From contig MU054187.1 of NCBI GenBank assembly GCA_013239625.1, positions 22,940,795 to 23,004,794 on the forward strand: DNA of 64,000 bases, read 5' to 3'. Source of the stretch: Lama guanicoe. Taxonomy: Eukaryota. Position numbers and translations under genes: made by a program. A model generated the notes under the pieces. The model had not been told where the DNA came from. It saw nothing but the letters and a program-made list of their open reading frames with translations, and ran no database searches. Positions 12,900-27,200 of this stretch are shown piece after piece (positions within the stretch are counted from its first letter, which is position 1; each line of letters opens with the position of its first letter).

Positions 12900-13310
12900 C
12901 ATAAATCTCTGAAATTGTACTTATTTTGGTAAAAATATGAAAGCAATTTAAATGTCCTTTAATAGAAGATCGACTACATTGTGATACATTTATTCTATGG
13001 AATTCTAGGCGGGGGTTAAAAAACTGAGGTAGATTTATATACATTGACATAGAAACTTATGAAAGACAACCAATAAAAAAATAGCTGCAGAATTATATAA
13101 ATAATATGATCATGTTTGTCCTATAGAACCTGAAATTATAAGTGCATATATACATACAAAAATACACAATAAAATCTACATAGGAGTAGATCCAGAAGAA
13201 TACTCCAAAAATACATATTTTTAAAATGATTACGTTCATGGAGGGAAGAGGCATTAAGGGACAGTGGAGAGGAACAGCTGCATGAAATAAGGTTTTGCAA
13301 CTCACATTTC
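12900..13310 (+). mobile_element. Old L1ME-like 3' fragment
   Basis: Decayed motifs (aaatgtcctttaatagaagat...atggaattcta...aaaaactgaggtagatttatat). Confidence 0.5.
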
Positions 13311-15269
13311 GATAGGGCGTATTTTCAAACATATTAAAAAAACTTTGGATTTTTCTGTGTTTACATCTCTCTGTGCCACAACCCTTCTCTTGAGTTTTTA
13401 AGACACCTAATTCTGACAGCTCAGATCTGTTTCACTATCAAAGCAGTCAACTCATTAAACATCTGACCTTTGTCAACCTCTTTGTTCATTCAACTTAAAA
13501 ACAAGCTCCATCAGGAGTGTTTCTTTTTCCCTTTTCTTTGCTGGTGTGTGCATTTCCCTCCTTCTGTGGTTATTTACAGTATTCCCCCTAGTAGCCCCTC
13601 ATCACCAGGCTGCGGGTTTTCAAGCTACTGCTGTGTTTTTTTTTTTTTTTTCCTGTAATTCCACACAGCTATTTGCACCTTCAGGCCTCTTTTCTGGCCA
13701 CGGGCTCTTTAGAGCTTCATTATTTAAGGCAGCTTCCTAAATTTCCCATCACCCACTTAGCCTCTCATGTATCTGGTTTTCTTAAACAACAAAATATTAA
13801 CAAGGATAACAATGTTATGATTTCAAGTACTGAATAACACATGCATCTCTAGTTTAGGTGCCAGTGGTACTAAAACATGATTACTATATTAAGATTACTA
13901 TATACAAAGATTACTTCCATGACTATAATACAAATACCATATATATTTTATATATAGTAATCTCTTTCTATATGCTACACACATATATAGATTTAGTTTA
14001 CTTGTAAATTCAAATTATCTCAAGAGTTTTCCACTGAATCTCACTTTAATGGCCTGGGCAGAGGGCATTTTTATGATTAGCAACTTAAAGCTCATGAAAG
14101 CTAAAAGAATTAGCTTACTTGAGAATCCAGTTTAATGGCTAACCAGTAATTGGATCCCAGATAAAAATTGTATTAATATCTACCTTTATATTAACATTAA
14201 AATATTCCTATGAAATGATAGATAAAGGCTTTTTTTTTCTTTTACATCTATATCATCTTTGCTGTTTCTTGAAATCCACTAAGTCTTACAGTGTCATTTC
14301 TCTTCTATTTCTTTCATTTTACTCTCACTTTTATGAGGTTATATTTCAAAAACACCATAGCTCCTCATTTAAATAAATCTTATATTTATTTTTAATGCTG
14401 AAAAATACTCTAAAAATATTAAATCTTTAATATTTCTTTAGCCTGCATAGATTTATTTTCTGTCATAGTTTAAATTTTACGTAACATATAAAAACACAGT
14501 AAGTAAATCTCATGAAACATTTAGTGGGCATTTTCCCCATGAATAAAGTAACCATAATCCAAGTATGCTCTCAGTAAAAGTAATAAAATATTTAGTCCTA
14601 CCACGAAGACCATGGCTGCCTTCAAGTGGACGTATGTTTTCACTACAGCAGAGGGATTGCCTATGGTTCGTGAAGATTCATCCTTGAAAGCCACCCATAA
14701 ATATTTTTTGGTGTTTACCTGCATTTTGGGGACCCTGTTCCATTTCTGCCGTGCCCCGTCCAAGAGATGATTGTGATGTTTTGAGAAAATTAATGCAACA
14801 AAACTGCTCTTCAATCTCAGGACAATTCTAGAGACCCCTGCCGTGATATGTATTTCTTTAATATTGTCATTGAATCTTATTTTCTAAACAGTGAAACTTA
14901 TAAGCAGAGGTGATGTTTGAACTACTTAACACCTGCTCAGGACAGACCCTGCTCAGTCACAACAAGCGCCTGCCCTGAGCAGGTGGAATACATGTGTCAG
15001 TAGGTGACAACAGTAATAGAAGCCCCATATGGATAATTTCCTCCATTTCTGTTACTGAAATATTTTTAATTAGTAAAGACCTATTTTTCAGGTTGCTTTC
15101 TATAATTGTGCTGCTCAGTGCCTAGAATTTAATAGTTTTTTTTTAAAACCTAATTGACTTTATTGGAAAAATGATCAGAAGAGAACTAATATTTGTTCAT
15201 ACTGTCTAGGCTACTTCTTGGGTTTCCATATTTTCAGAAAAGTTGGCAGTTTTGCCCAATCACAAGGAG

Positions 15270-17040
15270 TTTTTTTAAAATAATGTTTTTATTGAGTTAT
15301 AGTCAGTTTACAATGTTGTGTCAATTTCTAGTGTACAGCACAATGCTTCAGTCATACAGGAATATGCATATATTCATTTTCAAATTCTTTTTCACTACAT
15401 GCTACTGTAAGATATTGAATATACTTCCCTGTGCTATACAGTATAAACTTGTTTGCCTATTTTATATATATCAGTCAGTATCTGCAAATCTCGAACTCCC
15501 AGTTTATCCCTTCCCATCCCCTCCCCCCCTTCAATGACGCCTGTATTCTATGTCTGTGAGTCTGTTTCTGTTTCAAATTCATTTTTTTTAGATTCCACAT
15601 ATGAGTGATATTATATGGTATTTTTCTTTCTCTTTCTGGCTTACTTCACCTAGAATGACATTCTCCAGGACCATCCATGTTGCTGTAAATGGCATTATTT
15701 TATCATTTTTAATGGCTGAGTAGTATTCCATTGTATAAATATACCACATCTTCTTTATCCAGTCATCTGTCAATGGACATTTAGGTTGTTTCCATGTCTT
15801 GACTATTGTAAATAGTGCTGCTATGAACATTGAGATGCATGTATCTTTTTGAATTAAAGTTTTCATCTTTTCCAGATATATGCACAGGAATGGGTTTGCT
15901 AGATCATATGGTAATTCTATTTTTAGTTTTTTAAGGAACCTCCATACTGTTCTCTATAGTAGCTGCATCAATTTACATTCCCACCAACAGTGTAGGAAGG
16001 TCCCCTTTTCTCCACACCCTCTCCAGTATTTATTATTTGTAGACTTTTTGGCGATGGCCATTCTGACCAGCATGAGGTGATACTTCACTGTAGTTTTGAT
16101 TTACATTTCTCTAATAATTAGCGACATTGAACATTTTTTCATATACCTTTGGCCATTTGTATGTCTTCTTTGGAGAAATGTCTAGGTTTTCTGTCTATTA
16201 TTTGATTGGATTATTCATGTTTTTTTTTGATATTAAGCTGTATGAGCTGTTTTTATGCATTTGGAAATTAATTGCTTGTTAGTGACATCATTTGCAAATA
16301 TTTTCTCCCATTTTGTAGGTTGTCTTTTTGTTTTATCTATGGTTTCCTTTGCTGTGCAAATGCTTTCAAGTTTAATTAGTCCCATTTGTTTATTTTTTGC
16401 TTTTATTTCCATTACTCTAGGAGCCAGTTCAAAAAATACTGTTGCAATTTATGTCAAAGATTGTTCTGCCTCTGTTTTCCTCTAGGAGGATTAGAGTATC
16501 AGTCTTACATTTAGGATTTTAATCCATTTTGCATTTATTTTTGGACATGGTGTTGCAGAATGTTCTAATTTAATTCTGTTACAGGCAGCTTCCAGTTTTC
16601 TCAGCACCACTTATTGTGGAGACTGCCTTTTCTCCATTGAATATTCTTGCCTCCTTTGTCATAACATGTGATGGAAAATATACCACGTTCTTGAATTGGA
16701 AGAATCAACATTGTTAAAATAACCATACTACCCAAGGCAATCTACAGATTTACTGGCATCTCTATGAAATTACCAATGGCATTTTCCACAGAACTAGAAT
16801 TAAAAACACTAAATTTGCCTGGAAACACAAAAGGCCCCGAACAGCCAAAATAATCTTGAGAATGAAGAAAGAAGCTGGAGCAATCATACTCCCTGACTTC
16901 AGACTATACTACAAAGCTCCAGCAATCAAAATGGTATGGTACTGGCACAAAAATATACACATAGATCAATTCAAACAGAAAGCCCAGAAATAATCCCACA
17001 GATATATGGTCAATTAATCTACAATGGATGCAAGAATATT
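15270..17040 (-). mobile_element. L1 with 5' inversion
   Basis: 15270-~16663 is minus-strand 3' UTR/ORF2 ([19 protein letters not shown]). ~16664-17040 is plus-strand ORF2 ([18 protein letters not shown]...PDFRLYYKA). TSD not confidently identified. Confidence 0.88.
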
Positions 17041-18339
17041 TTATTTTTAAAATTTGAATGTGAATTTATTTCCTCAAGTATTTGTGTAAAGAAGTTGTCA
17101 CAAAGTTCATCTCACTCTGTTGAGTTCTGAAATTTCTTAATTCTTTTATTGTCAAATCTCTACCAAGGTAGTTTTGACTTATAAATAAAACAGCTACATG
17201 AATTTTAGGAAATAATTGAGTATCAATTTCTGAACTGAACTTTATGACAAAGTAGTAAGAATTCTTTCAATCCTTATTGATATCCTTTATGATTTATAAA
17301 ACTCATATATATGTGTGCATGTATATATAAATATTTATATACATATTTATATATTTTACTTTTGATATATCAATATATATACATATACATATAACACTGC
17401 ATAAATATATGTATAATATACCATACAAACACGTTCATACACATACACAGAGCACTCCTATGTGTGTATGTGTAGGTGTTTTTGTGGGTCTGTGTGTATG
17501 TGTGTAATCTTCAGATGTTGGAATATATTTGAAGGCCTCCAGAAGTTAATGTATTTTGTGACTATGGACAAGTTACTTAATCATTCTGACCCTTAATCAC
17601 TTCATGCGAAAAATGGACTAATGCTATATAATACTTGGGATTATTAAAGGAATTAGTTTTCCAACACCTTAACATAGTAACATGGCAATTATATGATCCT
17701 TAGGATGTGATACGTACTCTCATGGCAAGTTTAGCAGATTTGGAAAACAGGAACAACTATGCTTCTCGATTTTGGAAAGCTAGGATAGAAAGGTTGCTTC
17801 CTAATTAGCTATTTTTTCCAGGAATAGCAAATCAACCCACTTATTAAGATCTAAGAACACTAGACTTATGGAGAAAACCCAGGGAAAGGTACAGACACCA
17901 TTCAAATCGAGCACTATTATTTTACTCAGTAATTAGCAATGCCCTTTTTGATGAGCTCTGTTTAAATTACACTACATTTTCATATGAGCAACTATACTAT
18001 CAAAATCCTTTCTAGACATATTTTTGTTATAAAGTTAAAATGTATTTATAGGTACACATATACTGAGTGTTTTATTTAAAACATTTTAAGTTAATGTATG
18101 TTACTTTGAAATGTTCAACTGTGCTTTTTTTTTCCCACTTAAGATGAAACATGATATCTGGCTAGGTCATAACATATACTCTTACTTTAACATAATTGAA
18201 AACACATTCCTAGAAAATATATATGAAGAGAAAGGGAAAAAGAGAGGCAGAAGGAGAGAAGGGGAGAGAGATGGAAAGAGAGGAAGAGAGAAGAAAAGAG
18301 AGGGAGAAATCTGGTACTATACTGATGCCCAAAGACTAG

Positions 18340-18570
18340 ACTAGTCCTGGAGCTGGACTTGTAACTGGTTGTGTTTAAATGCCGACTGTGTCATGTCGGG
18401 CTCTCTGAGGGCAAGTCAGGGCAAGATGTTTCATCTCTCAGTGCCTTCCGTTTCCACAGTTGTAATATTGGAGCCGTTGTAGTACCTGACTCTTAGGGTT
18501 GCTAAGAGGAAAAAAGGGTTGATACATGTAATATGTTTAGAACGACATCTGGCTCGAGATAAAGAGATTT
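18340..18570 (+). mobile_element. MIR SINE
   Basis: gggcaagatgtttcatctctcagtgcctt...gtttcc...gtagtacctgactcttagggttg matches the MIR core. Confidence 0.65.
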
Positions 18571-18689
18571 TAAAAAGTTGCTAAAACCTTGTAGTTGCAC
18601 ATTTTTTTCCCTACAGCTTTCCCCTACCACATTTGCATCATATTCCATTCTATTTTACATCCCATTGTATGAGGACATTTCACCCCTAA

Positions 18690-19430
18690 ACATTTTAGTG
18701 TTCACCTAGAATTCAACATTTAGTTCTGGTCCTTCATTTTGTTAAGGTAAAATTTACATACAGTGGTATGCATATATACCCCTTAAATGTGTCACTTGAT
18801 GAGATTTGGCAAATACTGTAACCCAAACCCCTATCAAGATACAAAACTTCACTATGACCTTGGAAAGTTCTTTCCATGCGTCTTCCCAATCTCTGGCCCA
18901 CCCACCAGAGGCAACTGCTCTTCTTTCTTTTCTTTTGCCAGTATAAATCAGTTTTACATGATGTGTTTAGAACTTTATATTGAAAACAAACAATGTCTAC
19001 TCTTTTAGGAAAGCCCTCTTTTAATCAGCAGAATATTTTTAAGATTAATTCATGTCACATGAATCAATAGTTTGTTCATTTTTATGGCTGAGTAGTATTC
19101 CATTGTATGTATATACCAGAGATTGTTTGTACATTTTCTTCTGAATGGACACCTAAGCCATTTACAGCTTTTAGCTACTCAGGTACAGATGCTGGTAACA
19201 TTCTTGTATGAGTTCTTTCTTGGACTTTTGCTTTCATTGCTTCTGAGTAAATACCTTGGAGCTGAATTACTGAGGCATAGGTTAGATATGTGTGCCACTT
19301 TATAAGAAACTTCCAAACAGTTTTACAAGGCAATATGATTTTACACTTCCATCAGAAATGTATGAAAATTCCACCTGTTTCACATTCTTGCCAGTATTTT
19401 TTTCCTGTCTTTTTAATTTTGACAATTCTG
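18690..19430 (-). mobile_element. Old L1ME/L1MC-like 3' fragment
   Basis: tttatggctgagtagtattccattgtatgtatatacca...gagtaaatacct...gaattactg are antisense L1 motifs. Confidence 0.65.
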
Positions 19431-19816
19431 GTTTCTCTCTTTCTCTCTCTCTCTGTTTCAAGATAAATGCACTTATTAAAAATTCTGGTTTGTATAAATA
19501 TGGACTGTTGTTATTTTTTTCCTTGCACTTTTTCTGTACTCTTACATTTTGGATAAATTATTTTTAGCAATAAAGTTTATTATGTTTAAAATAAACTTAG
19601 CTAAAAAACACTTGTCAATATTATCCACGTAATTATAGTCCTTGAAGCTTGTGATAAAATTTCCAGGAATTTCATTACATAAAGATGTTAATGATGATAA
19701 TATACTATATCCCAAAGCAATTAAAGTAAAGATAATGTTTTCTGAAAATTGTGTTAAATACCTGAAGAAACGATCCAAGGGATGATGAAGAAACCAAAAA
19801 CAAAGAGTTATGTGAG

Positions 19817-20026
19817 TTTTTTTTAACATTTTTATTGATTTATAATCATTTTACAATGTGTCAAATTCCAGTGTAGAGCACAATTTTTCAGTTGTACATG
19901 AACTGAAGAAAACATATATATTCATTGTCACATTTTTTCTCTGTGAGCTACCATAAGATCTTGTATACATTTCCCTGTGCTATACAGTGTAATCTTGTTG
20001 ATCTATTCTATAATTTTGAAATCCCA
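19817..20026 (-). mobile_element. Short young L1 3' end
   Basis: Near-identical to 2867-3068, preceded by poly-T. Confidence 0.88.
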
Positions 20027-20537
20027 GAGATGTTTAAATAAAATATTTTGCACATTTTATATTGAAAGTATTTCCATTTTAATATAATTTAATATGATTT
20101 AAGTATTACTAACTGATTTAAATATTATAGTTTGATAAGTCTTTTTATCTGTATTTCTAAAAGTTTATGAATTCAAATTAGCCAAAATGTTTAAAAATAA
20201 TCTTTTCATTGGTAAAATTTTGTTGTATATTAGCTTTGAAATTTATAATTTATTTAAACTCGTTGGTAGTAATTCCAACAACAAAAATATGTTATATTCG
20301 CTGAATATTGATAAGATAAAAAAATTAATACATGTAGATAATTTGATTTAGCATGATAATTTTTGAATTGAAATTTGAGCCTAGAAATATGCGACTCTTC
20401 CAAGATAATGAATGCAACACTGAGACCAAATCCAGGCCTTACTCCTGCCTCTTAAACCTACACTTGTCCCGTTTATAGTACCTTATTTTGAAAAGAAAGA
20501 ATAATCAATATGTAGTAAACTATTTAAAATGATATCT

Positions 20538-21740
20538 ACCTAAAAACCTAAATGTACACCCAGAAACCGTAAAACTCCTACAAAACAACACAGGCAGAAC
20601 CCTCTTTGACAAAAATTGTAGCAATATTTTTCTGGATCTGTTTCCTAAAACAAAGGAAACAAAAGCGAAAAACAAATAAGATCTAATTAAACTGAAAAGC
20701 TTTTGCAGTAAATGAAACCATCAACAAAACAAAAAGATAACCTACTGAATGGGAGAAAATATTTGCAAATGATATGACTTTTATATAAATGAATTCAGTA
20801 TCCAAAATACATAAGTAGCTCATACAACCCAACACCAAGAAAACAAACAACCCAGTTAAAAAGTTGGGTAGAAGAACTGAATAGACATTTCTCCAAAGAA
20901 GGCATACAGACAGCCAACGGTACAGGAAACAATGCTCAACATTGCTAATCTTCAAAAAAATGCCAATTAAAACCACAGTGAGCTACGACTTCACATCGAT
21001 TAGAATGGCTGTCATCAAAAAGACCAGAAATAACAAATGCTGGCAAAGATGTGGAGAAAAGGGAACCCTTGTACACTGTTGGTAAGAATGTAAAACAGAG
21101 CAGCCAGTATGGAAAACAGTATGGCGGTTTCTCAAAAAACTGAAAATAAAAAAACTAGTATATGACCCAGCAATTCCACTTCTGGGTATTTATCTGAAAA
21201 AAAACCCCCACTAATTTGAAAAGATACATGCACCCCAGTGTTTATAACACCGTTATTTACAATAACCAAGATATGAGAGCAACCTAAATGTCTAACTAAA
21301 GATGAATTGATAAAGATGTCACTCAAACACACACACACACTAGAATACTATTCAGGCATTAAAAAAAGAATATTTTTCCCATTTGCAGCAACATGGATAG
21401 ACTTGGAGGGTATTATGTTAAGTCAGAGAAAGTCAAATATTATATGATTATCACTTGTATCTGGAATCTAAAAAATAAAACAAACTAATGAATATAACAA
21501 AAAAGAAACAGACTCACATATAGAGAACAAACAAGTGGCTACCAGTGGGGAAAGGGAAAGGGGGGCAAAGTAGCGGTAGGGGATTAAGAGGTACAAACTA
21601 CTATGTGTAAAATAAATAAAGTACAGGGATATATAGTACGGCACAGGGAATGTAGCCAAAATTCTATAGTAACTAGAAATGGAATATAACCTTTAATGAC
21701 TATGTTGTATACCTGAAACATATAATATTGTAAGGCTGAA
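20538..21740 (+). mobile_element. 5'-truncated L1 (ORF2 3' part and 3' UTR), older subfamily
   Basis: cctaaatgt...aaactccta...aattaaactgaaaagcttttgca...agatacatgcaccccagtgttt; multiple frameshifts. Confidence 0.88.
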
Positions 21741-23506
21741 CTAGAGGACACTAGTGTACAAAATAATTCAGGTTTATTTGTGTTATGTAATGAGAAGTCA
21801 CAAGACAGCAAGACAGGCGGCTTAAAGGTGTGGGGTGAGGTCTCTGAGATTCTACGTGTCTCTTCCTTTTAGTTACAAGATGCTTGCCCGAGCTCCAATA
21901 TCATTCCTCTGTTCTAGGTAGCAAGGAAGAAAGGGTGGTGTGCACATGCATAAAGCACGAACCCTCCCAATGTTTTATTAATCAAAATGATGTCACGTGG
22001 CCATATGAGAGAGTGTCTGGGAAATGCAATTTTAAAACTGGCACATGCAACATCTGGTAAAATTGTGGGAAAGGAAAAGGAGAGGGTTTATATGGGGTAG
22101 GCAGATAGGAGCCCTGGCAATAAAGTTATTTCATACAGTGGATTTCTTTTCATAGCTTTTATTCTATACTAAGAAGTGGCAGTCGCTCTATTAAAAAACA
22201 GAATATAAATGTATATTTTGGAACATGCCTTTCCCCCAACTGCATTCTTCCTCTGTGTAATTGGTCAAAACCATTACTAGTTTTACAAAATGTTAATTCC
22301 CTTCTAACTTTACAGTGTACATACTACAATATAGTTCTCATACAGCTCATATGATAGCCATTAAAAAGCAGTGTTTCTGCTATGCCCTTGCTGCACAGAT
22401 TAGATGTTCAATAAGAAATGATATTGCACTACCCAGGAAGAATCTATTTTAAGTTCAGTCTAAGCTGAGAAAATATTTTTATAAAAGTCATTCTCCTGTA
22501 GTCACCATGTACAGATGGTGACCAAAAGTGCCCCACTAATAAGGACTCATTTTAGGAAAAAAGGCAAGGAAAGCAAGCAATCAGTATGTCGTAGGGCATA
22601 AAAAGAAACACAACTGTCCATTAAAATCAGTTCACAAAGTTTCTATTCACAGTGAGTTAATAAGCAAAGTGTAAGAAAAGATCTTCTCATAGCATCTGAA
22701 TAATTAGCTCCAATCCTATGAAGTGATGTAAAAGATTGAGAAGTGGAGAGACTCTATCCGGTTCTCATGCCCTGCGTCTTCAAAATGCCAGGCTTCAGAA
22801 CTAAAACGGATGCATTCAAACTAAAATGTTGTATTCAAAATGCTCACAAGTGTGTAAACCTGCCAGACCTACAGGCACATAGTTGAACTTTAGGAATTGG
22901 GATTAGATAACCAATTGTGGAGAGTTATAATATGGAGGAGGAGAAATACGGGGGAAAAAAAAACCCTTTTTCCTAGTAATGATCAATTTCCCTTTCCATA
23001 CTATATTCTTTACTCAGTTCTATGAGTGATCGTTATCCTGTCCAGAGCAAAGCTAAGTGACAATTAATAGTAGGGTATATATTGCTACTTATATAAAACA
23101 GGCAGAATGGCATTTTTGAGGGGGAGGTAAACATTTTGAAAAGCTCGAGGACTATTCTGGTCCTGTTTTTCTAATGATGTCTTAGATCTATTAATCATGA
23201 TATGCCACCATGGTTCTTTTCTAGAATTTATTAGAGGATTGATTACTGTAAATAATTGTCAGAAAACACAGTTGAAATGTGCAGATATGTCTTTATCGTT
23301 TTTGTTATTTGAGTAAATTATCTATAAGTTATTTGTGATGCCTAAGTGTTGCATTAAAGTCCCTGTCATTGTATCAACTAAAAGAAATTTGGTAAAAGCA
23401 AAGCAATTGTATACGCATTGTAGTCATATTCATATCAAAGGGTCTGGGAAATAAATATACAGTGTACCCACTACAGTTTATCTCGTTTGGCTTCGTTTTG
23501 TTTCAG

Positions 23507-23700
23507 TGGTTGGAAATGATGGATTTTATGTAATCCTGAAAGGTGTAGCTCGACCTCTAACACAGATGTATAAAAATCTGATTGAAGAAGATGAGCCAAC
23601 AGCTTCTTTCATACCTCGAAATTTCCACAGCTTTGCTTTCAGTGAAGAGCTCAGAGACTCTGTAGTGTCTGCGATGCACATACCTTCTTGTGAACCCGTG
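23507..23700 (+). CDS. CNBD1: CNBD1 internal coding exon, 194 bp
   Basis: Acceptor ttttgtttcAG at 23505-23506; donor GTG|GTAAGA at 23701. G|TG completes a Val codon across the junction. Encodes VVGNDGFYVILKGVARPLTQMYKNLIEED...IPSCEPV; FYVILKG is the typical cNMP-binding beta-strand motif. Confidence 0.94.
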
Positions 23701-24460
23701 GTAAGAAATGAATATTTGCTTTTTCCATAAGCAACAAGGTATCGTTATTATAAAAAAAGTATTATATCTCTTCCAGGTATTTAAATCTAAATATCTTAGG
23801 TGACTTCTGAAATATTCAAGATAATACATCTTTTAAAAATAAAAGTTACACTGTTAACATTGAACTTGAAGTGTGTTTAAACAGATATAATGAGGGATGT
23901 CTTCCACAACATACTGCCCACTGGCTGGTGTTGTGTCGTATATTTAATTCCTGAGACTAAGCCAGTGTGATTACTTAATGAGGAAGGAGGGTCATTTTCA
24001 GATAATGGAAAGGGAGCACAGAGGATAGATCATGAAGGGCCTTTAAAATCAAGTGAAGAATGTGTGCTTATGCTGTTTATCTCATGAGTAATGCTAAGGT
24101 CATCAAGGGGTTAATTCCATCACAAGCAGCAAGTCTCACTTAAAGTCTTTTGCTTATGTATAATATTTCGACTATCAGATGGTGAAAATTAAAGTTCAAT
24201 ATCTTTCTGGATCTCTGGATACTCCACGTGAGAATCAGACCTGGTTGATTAGAATTGTGGCTAAAAAACCAGTTTTAGATTTCGGATGGTCAAGATGTTT
24301 AAAGGAGAAAAATTCCAAAGGAACCAACTAAAACCGAATTATGTAGCACTGTGGATTGAAGTCAGGAAAACCTAGAATGTTCTCAGATTCAAGAAAAATG
24401 AGCATGGATAAAACCAATGAAGACAGACAAGGATAAAAAATGAGATAAGAACACAAAAAG

Positions 24461-24462
24461 TA

Positions 24463-24525
<63 letters not shown>
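24461..24525. repeat. Compound (TA)n(GA)n microsatellite
   Basis: Directly visible. Confidence 0.95.
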
Positions 24526-24531
<6 letters not shown>

Positions 24532-24749
24532 TTGTTGATTACACATGAATGGGTCATGTTTCTAATCTGTCTTGATAGGAATGGAAAAATGCATTCACCA
24601 CTCAGTGGCCACATACCATGTACATAATACCTTTTTAATCTGCTTTAGGAAAAAAAAATACTACATTTGGAGCAGCAGCTATAATTAGGGCTACTTCTTG
24701 GTTGACTTTGTAGTAGTCAATTCCAATCCTCCAGGATCTACTTGTTTTT

Positions 24750-24928
24750 GTTTGTTTGTTTTGTTTTTTTAAATAATTTTTATTGAGTTATAGTCATTTT
24801 ACAATGTTGTGTCAAATTCCAGTGTAGAGCACAATTCTTCAGTTATACGTAACATACATATATTCATTGTTACATTTTTTTTCGCTGTGAGCTACCACAA
24901 GATCTTGTATATGTTTCCCTGTGCTATA
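24750..24928 (-). mobile_element. Short young L1 3' end with TSD
   Basis: Same subfamily 3' end as at 2867; 17-bp TSD AGGATCTACTTGTTTTT (24733-24749) / AGGATCTATTTGTTTTT (24929-24945). Confidence 0.92.
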
Positions 24929-25064
24929 AGGATCTATTTGTTTTTTTGAAGACAAAACTCAAGAATTAAATAAGGATAAAATGGGACTACCACCTCTGAA
25001 TCCTGTATTAGGTCTATGAGGGCAATATAATTTCTGTTATCCCATATGGACTGTTGTATTAGGG

Positions 25065-26270
25065 TTTTTTTTAGCTTTATTGAGGTGTAATTGACAAATG
25101 AAATTTGTGTATGTTGAAAGTGTACATCTTGATGTTTTGATGTATGTATATATTTTGAAATGATCACAGTGAAGCTAATCAGCATATCCATCATCTCACT
25201 AGCTTTGTGTGTTTGTTGTAAGAATACTTAGTATCTATTTTCTAGCAAAGTTCAAGTGTGCAATACATTACGATTGACTACAGTCACCATGCCGTACATT
25301 ACATCTCCAAGACTTACTCATCTTGTGTACCTGAAACTTTGTACCCTTTGACAAATATCTCTTCATTTTCCCTATACCTGCCCGTTATAACCAACATTCT
25401 ACTCTCGTCTTCTATGAGTTTGACTATTTTAGATGACAGTTTGTTTGGCTTATTTTACTTAACGTGATGTCTTCCGGGTTCATTCATGTTGTCACAAGTG
25501 GCAGGATTTCCTTCTTTTTAAGACTTAATAATAGTATGTATATGTATGTGTGTGTGTGTGTGTGTGTATATCATATCATATCATATATCATATCATATCA
25601 TATCTTCTATCTCCATTATCCATGGATAAACACTTAGGTTGTTTCCATGTTTTGGCTATTGCGAATAGTGATGCAATAAACATGGAAATGCAGATATACC
25701 CTGTTTTCATTTCTTTAGTTGTCTACAAAGAATGGGATTGCAGGACTGCATTGTTTCTGTTTTTAATTTTTTTGTGGGGGGAACTCCGTGCTGTTTTTAT
25801 AATGGCCGTACCAATTTACGTGATGACCAGCAGTGTACAAGGACTCGCTTACCACCACATCTTCTCCAACATTAACCTTTTTGTCTTTTTGAGAATAGCC
25901 ATTCTAACAGGTGTGAGGTGATGTCTCGTTGTGCTTTTGATTTTAATTTCCTTGATGATTAATGATGCTGAGCATCTTTTCAAGCACTTGTTTACCATTT
26001 TTATGTCTTCTTTTCAGAAATGTCTTTTTAGGTCCTTTTCCCGTTTTTTAGATTGGGCTGTTTCTTTGCTATTGAATTGTGTGAGTTCCTTATATATTTT
26101 GGATATTACCCTCTTATCTGATACACAGTTTGAAACTATTTTCTCTCATTATATGGGTTGCCTTTTCATTTTGTTTGTTGTTTCCTTTTCTGTGAAGTGG
26201 CTTCTGAGTTTAATATAGTTCCACTTGGTGTTTATTACTTTTGTTGCTTGCACTTTGGGCATTGTATCTA
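25065..26270 (-). mobile_element. L1MA/L1MB-like 3' fragment containing a (TG)n(ATATC)n microsatellite
   Basis: agctttattgaggtgtaattgacaaat...agccattctaacaggtgtgaggtga; microsatellite at ~25540-25603. Confidence 0.85.
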
Positions 26271-26959
26271 AAATCACAGACTTTGGGTAAATATCATGTA
26301 TCAATTTAGATTCACTTTTGCTTAAAACAATACATTTTGGTGAGTGATGTTGATCATGAGGGGTATGCATGTGTGAGGGTAGCGGGTATTTGGTAAATCT
26401 TTGTACCTTTCTCTCAATGGCACCTAAACTTGCTCTAAATGTACAGTCTCAAGAAACAGTGCTGGGGCGCAGCAGTTGAGACTCAGGGAGCCAAGGGACA
26501 GTCTGAAGTCAGTGAAGGGGTCAGGGAGGGAAAGGGATGAGGCATGGAAGGTGAAGAAAAGGCCACAGGAAATAAGTCTTAGAAGGTATAGGAAATAAAT
26601 GCTGTACATGTCAACAATCAATTGAGAAGTTATAATTTTATTTTTCTATTAATGACCAGATCTAATCATGCCATGCATGAAATTAGAGCTATCCTGTAAA
26701 GAGAGAAGACGTGATTACAGTTATTGAGGGAAAAGGGTCAGAGAAATAAAAATAAAGCCATTTGGAGTAATTTGTTTCTGTCATTTGATACATAGATTTG
26801 AGACTTAAATTTTTCAAGAATCTGTAAGTGCAATCAGTTTTTTAAAAAAATAATGAGTGTCAAAGTGAATGCCCAAGATGATCATTTCTCAACATCCATG
26901 AACTGTGTTTTGCTCACCTATCCTGTGCCTGGCTCTGAGCATACACGGGTAGCACGAAG

Positions 26960-27200
26960 GAGGGTTAGGCTCGAAACCAAACTGCCTGAATCCCAGTACT
27001 GACTCCTGCCACTTAGGAGCTGTGTGGCCTTGGGCAACTTACATAGCCCTCTGAATCTCACTTTTGTCCTTTTGAAAATGAGGATCCTAACAAACTCACA
27101 TCGTAGGGATGTTCTGAGGATTCAGTGCGCTCATATTTGTAAAGTCCAGAGTCCGGTGCCTAGTATCAGGAAACAGTGCGTGCCTTTATTAAATAGGAAA
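26960..27200 (+). mobile_element. MIR SINE
   Basis: ctgccacttaggagctgtgtggccttgggcaacttac...ctctgaatctca...aaaatgaggat. Confidence 0.75.

Noticed and set aside
19903..19912. 10-nt insertion CTGAAGAAAA in an L1 stub, resembling 19762-19770
   Set aside because: A 9-nt match in A-rich DNA is too short to claim local templating.
22501..22522. Inverted repeat GTCACCAT...ATGGTGAC
   Set aside because: Only 8-bp arms; no evidence of an RNA gene or transposon.
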